Below the pieces are notes generated by a model. The model ran no database searches and was not told where the DNA came from. It saw only the letters and a program-made list of their open reading frames with translations. This document shows, in pieces, positions 43,204-51,474 of a stretch of 64,000 bases of DNA. Both the position numbers and the translations under genes were made by a program. This stretch comes from Chloroflexota bacterium (GTDB taxonomy: Bacteria > Chloroflexota > Anaerolineae > UBA4142), in NCBI GenBank assembly GCA_016219275.1, contig JACRBM010000032.1, positions 28,054 through 92,053 on the forward strand. The letters are read 5' to 3'. The stretch's first letter is position 1; each line of letters begins with the position of its first letter.

Positions 43204-43390
43204 CCTGTCGGTCGCCTTGCTACACTGTCGAATAAAAAACACAATTAGCGAAGATGCGCGAGATTCGCGGATGAAGGAATACATCGGCGAAGGTATTGTT
43301 CTTACCAATGGATTATAAGCGTTCACCCAAATTTAGGCAAAGGTCATTCGGGGTGTGGGTGTGCGTCAAATTTTTGGGTGGTGAAAAAAT

Positions 43391-43444
43391 CTTGCGAAGG
43401 TTGAACGGCAATCCTATTTGTTTTGCCGTCAAAACCTTCGCAAG
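43391..43444. repeat. long inverted repeat with core CTTGCGAAGGTT
   Basis: CTTGCGAAGGTT (43391-43402) pairs with AACCTTCGCAAG (43433-43444), with an inner ACGGCA/TGCCGT pair. The same core recurs at 57905-57943. Confidence 0.7.
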
Positions 43445-43533
43445 GTTGAGTGTTCCAAAATTTTGACAGACACCCTCGGGGTGTGGTCGGGACAAGCCGC
43501 CCTCATTGCATGGTCGGGCGAATGCCACATTAC

Positions 43534-44361
43534 TCAAATCCATTTCCGCAAGCGCGGATCGAGAAAATCGCGGAGCGTATCACCAAAGGTGTTGATCGCA
43601 AGCACGATACCGGCGATCAAGAGCGAGGGCCACAACACATACAGCGGCGATTGGTACATGTAATTGCGCGCCGCTCCGATGATCAACCCCCAGGACGGCG
43701 TCGGCGGGACGACGCCCAGACCCAGGAAACTCAGACCTGATTCGAGCAGGATCGTCGCGGCGGCAGTGAGACTGGCTTGCACGATCAGCGGCGAGAGAAT
43801 GTTCGGCAAGATGTGTCGCCAGATCAAGCCGCGATTGTCCACGCCGACTGCCATCGCGACGGTGACGTACTCCATCGCCTTCACTTGCATCGTCGAAGCG
43901 TAAGCAAGCCGCGCGAACGTCGTCGAGTACAGAATGCCGATCACAATAACCAGGTTGGTGACACCGGGTCCCAGCAAGCCGACGACGACCATCGCGAGCA
44001 GAATCGGTGGAAAGCAAAGGAGCGCGTCCACGAGCCGCATCAAAATCTGTTCGATCCATCCGCGAAAGAATCCGGCGATGACGCCCAGGAACACGCCGAT
44101 CACCATTGCCAACGTCGTCGCACCGACCGCGACGATGAGCGACGGTTGCGCGCCGTAAATCAAACGACTGAGCACATCGCGCCCGAACTCATCCGTGCCG
44201 AGCGGATTTTGTGGAGAAGGTGATTGTAAAACGCGAAGCGGATCAATCTTGAGCGGATCGTAGCGCGCGAGCACGGGCGCGAAAATCGCGACGAGCACAA
44301 TCGCGAGAATGATCGCGCCGCTGACGAGCAACCAAAAGTAGCGTTGAATTTTTCGCCGCAT
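43534..44361 (-). CDS. ABC transporter permease (DppC/OppC-like)
   Basis: I moved the start to ATG 44361 (MRRKIQRYFWLLV...). FAPVLARYDP N-terminal motif. Six TM pattern. EAA-like loop (YVTVAMAVGVDNRGLIWRHILPN). Confidence 0.85.
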   Translation of the reverse strand: MRRKIQRYFWLLVSGAIILAIVLVAIFAPVLARYDPLKIDPLRVLQSPSPQNPLGTDEFGRDVLSRLIYGAQPSLIVAVGATTLAMVIGVFLGVIAGFFRGWIEQILMRLVDALLCFPPILLAMVVVGLLGPGVTNLVIVIGILYSTTFARLAYASTMQVKAMEYVTVAMAVGVDNRGLIWRHILPNILSPLIVQASLTAAATILLESGLSFLGLGVVPPTPSWGLIIGAARNYMYQSPLYVLWPSLLIAGIVLAINTFGDTLRDFLDPRLRKWI

Positions 44362-44372
44362 TGCGACTGCAC

Positions 44373-45323
44373 CTACGAGTAACGCACGCGCGGATCGAGC
44401 ACGCCGTACAGCATATCCACGATCATGTTGAAGATGATAAACAAACTTGCCGAGGTCAGAATCACGCCTTGCACGATGGGATAATCGCGCCGACCCAACG
44501 CGGTGACGAGCAACGTCGAAAGTCCGGGCCAATTGAAAATGTACTCGACCAGCACCGAGCCGCCGATGAGTGTGCCCATTTGCAAACCGATGACCGTCAC
44601 GATTGGAATGAGTGCGTTGCTCAACATGTGCCGCGTCACGACGACGCGCTCGTGCAGACCTTTGGCGCGCGCGGTGCGAACGTAATCCTGCTGAAAGACT
44701 TCGAGCATACTCGAACGCGTCATGCGCGTGATGATCGCCATCGGTCCAAGCGCGAGCGTGATCGCGGGCAAGGTCAAACGGCGCAGATGTTCGGTCCAAC
44801 TATCGGTGATCGGCGCGTAGCCGGCAATCGGCAACCAACGCCAGGTGACGCCGAATAAAAGCACGAGCAACGTGCCAACAACATAGACCGGCGAGGAAAT
44901 GCCAAGCGCGCCGAGGATCGAAAGCACGCGATCGGTGGGACGATTCCAACGTAACGCCGCGAAAATTCCCAGGGGTATGCCGATCAAGGTTGCCAGGATC
45001 ATCGCGACGGTTACGAGTTCTAGTGTGCGCGGCAGGCGTTCCGCAATCGTGTCCCACACCGGCGAGCCGTCCACGAGCGACAAACCCAGGTCGCGTTGAA
45101 TCAGTCCACCGAGCCAGCGCACGTACTGCACCGGCAGGGGTTGATCTAAACCCAGTTTCACGCGCACCGCTTCCACAACTTTAGGATCGGGCGTGCGTTC
45201 CGAACCCAGGATGATCATGACCGGATCGCCGGGGAGGAGATGCACCAAACTAAAGACAATGGTCTCGACGAGCAAGACCAACAGCAGAGAGATGAGTACG
45301 CGACGGATCAGAAATCGGCTCAA
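44373..45323 (-). CDS. ABC transporter permease (DppB/OppB-like)
   Basis: LSRFLIRRVLISLLLVLLVETIVFSLVHLLPGDP is the typical N-terminus. Probable TTG start at 45323 after GAGG. The track ORF to 45491 runs through an inverted repeat. Confidence 0.8.
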   Translation of the reverse strand: MSRFLIRRVLISLLLVLLVETIVFSLVHLLPGDPVMIILGSERTPDPKVVEAVRVKLGLDQPLPVQYVRWLGGLIQRDLGLSLVDGSPVWDTIAERLPRTLELVTVAMILATLIGIPLGIFAALRWNRPTDRVLSILGALGISSPVYVVGTLLVLLFGVTWRWLPIAGYAPITDSWTEHLRRLTLPAITLALGPMAIITRMTRSSMLEVFQQDYVRTARAKGLHERVVVTRHMLSNALIPIVTVIGLQMGTLIGGSVLVEYIFNWPGLSTLLVTALGRRDYPIVQGVILTSASLFIIFNMIVDMLYGVLDPRVRYS

Positions 45324-45356
45324 GGAGGTGACTCCGACCTCACACCCTACCCCCGT

Positions 45357-45418
45357 CCCCTCCCCCCTCTCCTCTAGCCACGCCCTTAAGGACGTGGCGA
45401 GAGGAGAGGGGGGAGGGG
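45357..45418. repeat. perfect 18-bp G/C-rich inverted repeat with nested palindromes
   Basis: CCCCTCCCCCCTCTCCTC (45357-45374) pairs with GAGGAGAGGGGGGAGGGG (45401-45418). Inner GCCACG...CGTGGC surrounds CCTTAAGG. It lies in the spacer between hyuB and the permease gene. Confidence 0.8.
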
Positions 45419-45447
45419 TGCCGAAGGCGGGGAGGGGGGTGAGGCAA

Positions 45448-47199
45448 TCAGACTCTCGCGACGCGCGCTTGCCGCGTTTTGTCTTCGTCAATCGCGGTGC
45501 CGTTGTCTTTCAACACGACGCCGTACAGTTCGAGTGCGGCGCGCGCGGTGATCTTGCCTTCGATTATATCATGCAATACAGCGTGCGGATCACGCAACTT
45601 TGCCGCGCCATAGCCACCCGCCGCCGGTGTGCGAACGCTAATCAGGTCTTCGCCTTTGAGCGCGACATCCGAAACCTTGGAACTCAGTTTTGCTTCCGAG
45701 CCATCGGTGCGTTGCAGCAAAAATTCCCCGACCGCGCCTTCGCCCGCGCCATCAAGACCCCAGGGCGCCATGCGTTGCCGATCCGCCAAACCGGAAAACG
45801 TGACGCCATCGTGCAGCGCGCGAATGTCGCGCTGAATGCCCAGCCCGCCGCGATATTTTCCCGCGCCGCCAGAATCGGTGCGCAACGCGTACCGCTCGAC
45901 GAGCAACGGATACTCGCGTTCGAGCGCCTCAATTGGCAGGTTCGACGTGTTCGTCATGTGAACTTGCACGCCGCTCAAGCCATCACCGGCGGAATGCGCG
46001 CCTTGACCGCCCGCAATCGTTTCGAGATAAACGTAGAACAGTCCGGTTTCCGGATGAATCCCGGAAAAGGTCGCGGTTGTTACACTGCTGTTGCTCGCCG
46101 CGATCACGCGGTCGGGCGCGGCTTTGGACATCGCGCCAAAAAATGTGTCCGCGATGCGCTGGCACGTATCAATGCGTTCGCCGACTGGCGCGGGCGCGCG
46201 GCAATTGACGATGCTTCCTTCCGGCGCGATCAAACGCAACGGACGATAGATGCCGTGATTCGATGGAATCGTCGGACCAACGAGTGCTTTGAAGCAATAA
46301 AACACCGTTGCCCAGGTTCCGTTGAGCGTCACGTTGATCGGTCCCGCGACCTGCGCGCTCGACCCGGTGAAATCCACTTCCGCATGATCGCCGTCAATCG
46401 TGACCTTGAGCGAAATTGGCACGGGCACACCCAGGTTGATGCCGTCGTCGTCCATGTAATCGGTGAACGAGTATGTGCCGGACGGCAGTGTCTGGATGCT
46501 CGCGCGCATCATCGCTTCGGCGTGATGGAGCAACGCGGCGACGGCTTGATTGTAGCGTTCGACGTCGTAATGCGCGACGACTTCGGAGAGGCGACGAATG
46601 CCCACGCGATTCGCGGCGATTTGCGCGCCCAGGTCGCCTTCGCGTTCCGCCGGCGTGCGACTGTTGAGCATCACAAATTCGATGGTCTCGTGAAGCACTT
46701 GATCGTTGCGGCAAATCGGTACGAGCGGAATGCGCAAACCTTCTTGGAAAATACTCGTCGCATCGCCCGACGTGCTACCCGGTACTTTGCCACCCAGGTC
46801 AGCGTGGTGCGCGATGTTCGCGACAAAGCCGATCAATTTATTCTCGACAAACACCGGCGCGACCATCGTAATGTCGGGCAAGTGCGTGCCGCCGCCCGAG
46901 TACGGATCGTTCGTCACAAACATATCGCCGGGGCGCAGTTGGTCGGCGGAATATTTTTTCAAGACCGCTTCGACAACACCCAGGAGCGAACCCAGGTGCA
47001 TCGGCAAACTTTCGGCTTGCGCGATCATTTGTCCGGACGCGTCGAACACGGCAGTCGAACAATCGCGGCGTTCCTTGATGTTCGTCGAGTACGACGTGCG
47101 AATCAACGCGGCGGTGATTTCTTCGCTGACCGCGAGCAAACGATTGCTCAATACTTCGAGCGTTACGGGATCCATCGGCGAATTACTCAAAGAGGTCAT
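45448..47199 (-). CDS. hyuB: hydantoinase B / oxoprolinase family protein
   Basis: MDPVTLEVLSNRLLAVSEEITAALIRTSYSTNIKERRDCSTAVFD... is the family N-terminus. Full length (~580 aa). Confidence 0.85.
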   Translation of the reverse strand: MTSLSNSPMDPVTLEVLSNRLLAVSEEITAALIRTSYSTNIKERRDCSTAVFDASGQMIAQAESLPMHLGSLLGVVEAVLKKYSADQLRPGDMFVTNDPYSGGGTHLPDITMVAPVFVENKLIGFVANIAHHADLGGKVPGSTSGDATSIFQEGLRIPLVPICRNDQVLHETIEFVMLNSRTPAEREGDLGAQIAANRVGIRRLSEVVAHYDVERYNQAVAALLHHAEAMMRASIQTLPSGTYSFTDYMDDDGINLGVPVPISLKVTIDGDHAEVDFTGSSAQVAGPINVTLNGTWATVFYCFKALVGPTIPSNHGIYRPLRLIAPEGSIVNCRAPAPVGERIDTCQRIADTFFGAMSKAAPDRVIAASNSSVTTATFSGIHPETGLFYVYLETIAGGQGAHSAGDGLSGVQVHMTNTSNLPIEALEREYPLLVERYALRTDSGGAGKYRGGLGIQRDIRALHDGVTFSGLADRQRMAPWGLDGAGEGAVGEFLLQRTDGSEAKLSSKVSDVALKGEDLISVRTPAAGGYGAAKLRDPHAVLHDIIEGKITARAALELYGVVLKDNGTAIDEDKTRQARVARV

Positions 47200-47221
47200 T
47201 CTTCACTCCAAAAATTCTTTG

Positions 47222-47291
47222 AACCGCGAAGGCGCAAAGAACGCAAAGTGTTTTTATTTTTTCTCTTGGCGTTCTTTGCGTCTTCGCGGTT
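47222..47291. repeat. 23-bp inverted repeat in the hyuA-hyuB spacer
   Basis: AACCGCGAAGGCGCAAAGAACGC (47222-47244) pairs with GCGTTCTTTGCGTCTTCGCGGTT (47269-47291), one mismatch, AT-rich loop. Confidence 0.8.
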
Positions 47292-47298
47292 GATGTTT

Positions 47299-49350
47299 TC
47301 ATTTCACATCAATCATCAAGTTGCCGTATTCATCCACGCGCAACGGCATTTGCGGCGGCAGCACCGTCGTCGCGTCCATCTGCTCGATGATCGCAGGACC
47401 GCTAAGGCAATCGCCTGCGCGCAAATCATCGCGCTGATACAATGGCGTTGGCGCATAACCACCGGCTTCTTCGAAAAAGACCTCGCGCTGTCCGAATGGT
47501 GTCGGCTGATTGCCGTTGCGCGGTGGACAAACTGGGATCGGCGCTTTGGGCAATTCGCCCACCGCAGTCAACCGAAAATTCACAAATTCGACCGGCGCTT
47601 GCGGACGGGCGTAACCGTACAAACGTTTGTGCTCTGCGTGAAATTTCTCCGCGAGTCCAGCAATCCCGGCTTGCGTCAAATCCTGGTCTTGAACCGGAAT
47701 CGGCAGTTCGAAATTCTGACGCTGATAACGCGCTTCGATCCAACGCGTCAAACGGCGTTTTGCTTCGGGAACATTTTCCTTGTCGAGCGCGCGGCGACCA
47801 TCGGCGACGAGTTCGTCGAAGATGCGAACAATCTTGGGCAACGATTCGGGATTCGGTTTGAGTGGGAGACTGCGGACGAAATCCACGCGAATGTCGGTGA
47901 CGAGCAAGCCGAGCGAGCAAAGTGTCCCCGGCGCTGGCGGCACGAGCACGCGCGGAATACCCAGTTCCTGCGCGAGCGCAATTGCATGCACCGGACCCGC
48001 GCCACCGAACGCGACCATCGTAAACTCGCGCGGGTCGTAGCCGCGCTCGACGGAGACCAGGCGCATCGCGCGCACCATGTTCGCGTTCACCACATCAATC
48101 ATCCCACTCGCCGCGTCAAGCACCGACAGTCGCGTCGGTTGTGCGATGTGGGTAAGAATCGCGCTCTCTGCATTTTCAGTTTTGAGCGCCATGCGTCCAC
48201 CCAGGATGCGTTGCGGATTCATTCGTCCCAGCACGACATTCGCATCGGTCACGGTCGGGAGCGTGCCGCCGAAACCGTAACACGCCGGACCTGGGTTCGC
48301 ACCTGCGCTCTGCGGACCGACCTTGAGCGCGCCGCCGGCATCGAGCCACGCAATCGAACCGCCGCCCGCGCCAATCGTCACGATGTCGAGCATCGGAATG
48401 CGGACGGGCAACCCTTCGACCGTGCGTTCCATCGAGAGCAAAGGTTGCCCGCGATGAATCAAACTAATGTCCGCGCTCGTGCCGCCCATGTCGAGCGTGA
48501 TCAAATTGTCAAGCCCAACCAGGTGACCGACGTGCGTCGCCGCCATCACGCCCGCACTCGGACCCGACACGGCAGTTCGCACCGGCGAGGCGATGCTCTC
48601 CTGCAACGACAAGATGCCGCCGTTCGATTGCGTGATGTACGGGTCTTGACGAATGCCAACCTGGCGCACCGATGTTTGCAAATTGGTCAGGTAGCGGCGC
48701 ATCACTGGACCCAGGTACGCATTGAGTACGGTCGTACTCAAGCGCGCGAATTCGCGAAATTCGGGAACGACTTGATACGACGCGGTGACGTACGCATCCG
48801 GAAACAAATCGCGCACGACGGACAGCGCGGTCTTTTCGTGATCGGGATTGACGAACGAGAACAAGAAACAGATCGCGATGGATTCGACGCCAGCGGAACG
48901 CAACTCGGCGACGGATTGTTTCAATGCGTTCACATCAATCGGCATACGCACGTCGCCGTTGTGATACACGCGTTCGGGAATTTCTTTGCGAAGATGACCT
49001 GGGACGAGCGGCGCGGGTTTTTCTTTTTGAAGATCGTACAGCGCGGGACGCGTTTGCCGTCCAATTTCCAACAAATCTTTGAACCCAGCTGTGACGAGCA
49101 ATCCGGTTTTCGAACCTTTCTTCTCGATGAGCGCGTTCGTCGCAACGGTCGTGCCGTGTCCGAAATAATCCACGAGGTTAAAATCCACTTGTTCACGCGC
49201 GAGCAATTCGGTGACGCCGGTCATGATCGCGCGCGACGGATCCGCCGGCGTGGAAAGCACTTTGTGAATCGCGACGCGTTGTGCCGCGACATCCACGAGC
49301 GTGAGGTCGGTGAACGTGCCGCCAACATCAACGCCAATCATATAACGCAT
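47299..49350 (-). CDS. hyuA: hydantoinase A / oxoprolinase family protein
   Basis: I moved the start to ATG 49350 (MRYMIGVDVGGTFTDLTL, an ATPase-fold N-terminus). Later GGTSAD and GGAGP motifs. Confidence 0.85.
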   Translation of the reverse strand: MRYMIGVDVGGTFTDLTLVDVAAQRVAIHKVLSTPADPSRAIMTGVTELLAREQVDFNLVDYFGHGTTVATNALIEKKGSKTGLLVTAGFKDLLEIGRQTRPALYDLQKEKPAPLVPGHLRKEIPERVYHNGDVRMPIDVNALKQSVAELRSAGVESIAICFLFSFVNPDHEKTALSVVRDLFPDAYVTASYQVVPEFREFARLSTTVLNAYLGPVMRRYLTNLQTSVRQVGIRQDPYITQSNGGILSLQESIASPVRTAVSGPSAGVMAATHVGHLVGLDNLITLDMGGTSADISLIHRGQPLLSMERTVEGLPVRIPMLDIVTIGAGGGSIAWLDAGGALKVGPQSAGANPGPACYGFGGTLPTVTDANVVLGRMNPQRILGGRMALKTENAESAILTHIAQPTRLSVLDAASGMIDVVNANMVRAMRLVSVERGYDPREFTMVAFGGAGPVHAIALAQELGIPRVLVPPAPGTLCSLGLLVTDIRVDFVRSLPLKPNPESLPKIVRIFDELVADGRRALDKENVPEAKRRLTRWIEARYQRQNFELPIPVQDQDLTQAGIAGLAEKFHAEHKRLYGYARPQAPVEFVNFRLTAVGELPKAPIPVCPPRNGNQPTPFGQREVFFEEAGGYAPTPLYQRDDLRAGDCLSGPAIIEQMDATTVLPPQMPLRVDEYGNLMIDVK

Positions 49351-49373
49351 AATTTCCGTTCTCCAATCTTTGC

Positions 49374-49465
49374 CCACGAAGGACACGACCCTGGCACTTG
49401 CGTAACCGCCAGGACAAGTGAGAAACACGAAGAAAAAATTTAGTGCTCCTTCGTGTCTTTCGTGG
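49374..49465. repeat. 15-bp inverted repeat spanning the frlD-like stop codon
   Basis: CCACGAAGGACACGA (49374-49388) pairs with TCGTGTCTTTCGTGG (49451-49465), one mismatch. The right arm encodes the kinase C-terminal tail (STKDTKEH). Confidence 0.7.
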
Positions 49466-50294
49466 AAAATATTTGCACGCGCGGGTCGGTCATATCCATC
49501 GCGTGCCCGTGACCGAATCCGCCGTAATGCGTGCACACTTGCGCGCCGCGCTGCGCGCCCGCCGCGAGCGCGGCTTGAATGTCGCCGGATTTCAAGTACT
49601 CGACGATGAAACCGGCTTGAAATGCGTCACCCGCGCCGAGCGTGTCCACGACCGTTGCCGGCAGTGCGGGCTGGCGATATTCGCGTGCGCCATCGAATGC
49701 AATGCTCCCGCGTTCGCCAAACGTCATCACGACGACGCGCGCGCCTTGGTGTTGATACGCGACGACTCTTTCGCGTGCGTTCGCCGGTTCAATGTGTTGC
49801 CCGGAAAAGAACGCGACGGTGATGTACGGTAGCAAGGCGATTTGTTCCGGCTTGGCGCGATGACTGAAATCATACGAAATTTTTCGTCCGGCACGATGCC
49901 ACGCCGGAATGTGCGCGTCCACGCGCCCATCGAGCGTTGTGTGAATCAGATCGAACTTGCCAAGGTACGCATCCATCTCCGGCGTCACGCGCAACTGATC
50001 GCGCACGCCGCGATCACTGCCGATGAAAGTGCGATCAGCGTTGATGAGGCGCACGAAGGCGAGCGCGGTTGGACCTGGGACGCGCATCATGAATTTTGTT
50101 TCGACGCCTTCCGCGTTCATCGCGTCCGCCATCCAATCGCCATACCCGTCATTGCCGATGACGCCGACGTACGCAGTTTGCGCGCCGGCGCGACGTGCGT
50201 GCACGGCAAAGTTCACCGCGCCGCCGCCGGGAAATCCTTGCTGGAAATTGGTGTACACATCAACGCAGTTGTCGCCAATCGTAGCAATTCGCAT
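49440..50294 (-). CDS. frlD: PfkB-family kinase, fructoselysine-6-kinase-like
   Basis: MRIATIGDNCVDVY...GGGAVNFAV...DTLGAGDAFQAGF is collinear with E. coli FrlD as I remember it (MKTLATIGDNCVDIY...DTMGAGDSFIAGF). Confidence 0.7.
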   Translation of the reverse strand: MRIATIGDNCVDVYTNFQQGFPGGGAVNFAVHARRAGAQTAYVGVIGNDGYGDWMADAMNAEGVETKFMMRVPGPTALAFVRLINADRTFIGSDRGVRDQLRVTPEMDAYLGKFDLIHTTLDGRVDAHIPAWHRAGRKISYDFSHRAKPEQIALLPYITVAFFSGQHIEPANARERVVAYQHQGARVVVMTFGERGSIAFDGAREYRQPALPATVVDTLGAGDAFQAGFIVEYLKSGDIQAALAAGAQRGAQVCTHYGGFGHGHAMDMTDPRVQIFSTKDTKEH

Positions 50295-50393
50295 GATAGA
50301 AATTTTCCGCCGCAGGGGACACAGAGGGCACAGAGTTTTCCTTTATTTTCTTCATTTCCCTCATTTCCATTCTATTCCCTGTTTCCTTCCTGA

Positions 50394-51416
50394 CTAGTAC
50401 GGCACCTTGCCCATATAGCGACGTGTCGAAACCGGATGATTGCGCTCGACACCCAGGTACCAGTTGAACCATTGCAACGGTAGATGTACGCCGAACGGCG
50501 CGAGCAAAGGATGAATACCGGGGATTTCTTTCAAATCGAATGCGATAATGCTTGCCCCGTGTCGCCGCGAAAATTCCATTGCACGTTCGGTTTCGGCGCG
50601 CGTTTCGTCCGCGCCGAGCAAAAAGATCATCGGCAAGCCAGGTTGCACGATTTCGAGCGGACCGTGCCGGAACTCGGCGGCGTTCAACGAGGTCGCGTGT
50701 GTCCATTGCATTTCAAGAATATTGCAAATTGCGAATTGATATGCGAGTCCAGCCAGCAAGCCGGTGCCGATCACGTAAAAGTTTTTCGCGTCACGGTACT
50801 GGGTCGCCAGCGTGCGGCTGTGTGCTTCAGTTCTTTGAATCGCCGTGTGCATCACCTCGGGCAAAGTTCTGAGCGCGTTCTTGAGTTCTGCGCCAACAGA
50901 TTGATGGTCACGCTGAACGAGCAACTCGGTGATAATCAAATAGCCCAGCAGTAATTTGGAAAGATTCGCGGCGGGCGAGTTGTAAGTCAGCGCGAAATCG
51001 GCAGCGCGTGTGAGCGGCGTGCCCGCTTGCGAAAACGAAACGGTGGTCGCGCCACGCGATTTGGCGAGCCGCAATGCCTCCAAGACTTCTTCGGTTGTGC
51101 CCGAGTGTGAACCCAGGACGACGGCGGAACGCGCGCCCAGGCGCGCAGGCGCGCGACGCACAAACTCCCACGCGGAATAACGATCAACGGGTAAGGTCGA
51201 GTACTTGTCAGCCAGCCACTTGGGTGGTTCGTGCGTGGCGAACGATCCGCCACAGCCAACCAGGTAGAGTTGTTCTAGTCCGCGCGCGAGCCAATCGGCG
51301 ACGAGTTTTTCAACGCGCGGCGTCTCGCGATCCACAATATCGCGCAGTCCATCACGAACGGTCGTCCCTTCCATGTAATTCGCTGGTCGCGCGGCGACCG
51401 GTGCGTGTGTACTCAT
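50394..51416 (-). CDS. frlB: double-SIS-domain protein, fructoselysine-6-phosphate deglycase-like
   Basis: I moved the start to ATG 51416. LYLVGCGGS, SHSGTTEEV and AEFRHGPLEIVQPGLPMIFLLGADETR..TERA match the FrlB pattern (EFRHGPLEIVEPGVPFLFLLGNDESR..TERA, from memory). Confidence 0.7.
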   Translation of the reverse strand: MSTHAPVAARPANYMEGTTVRDGLRDIVDRETPRVEKLVADWLARGLEQLYLVGCGGSFATHEPPKWLADKYSTLPVDRYSAWEFVRRAPARLGARSAVVLGSHSGTTEEVLEALRLAKSRGATTVSFSQAGTPLTRAADFALTYNSPAANLSKLLLGYLIITELLVQRDHQSVGAELKNALRTLPEVMHTAIQRTEAHSRTLATQYRDAKNFYVIGTGLLAGLAYQFAICNILEMQWTHATSLNAAEFRHGPLEIVQPGLPMIFLLGADETRAETERAMEFSRRHGASIIAFDLKEIPGIHPLLAPFGVHLPLQWFNWYLGVERNHPVSTRRYMGKVPY

Positions 51417-51474
51417 GTGTGATTCTCCAAAAGACCTTCCAGGTTTTTGAATCCTGGAAGGTCTCGTTGTGATT

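Noticed and set aside
42725-43543. ORFs 42725..43198 and 43313..43543 in the long intergenic gap
   Set aside because: Their translations are read-throughs of repeat elements (IRVIRVIRG…, hairpin arms). They have no start context and no motifs.
45193-49443. 1416-aa plus-strand ORF, the longest in the window
   Set aside because: It lies entirely antisense to the well-supported hyuB and hyuA genes. It is Arg/Ala/His-rich with no motif. It is the typical open antisense frame of high-GC coding DNA.
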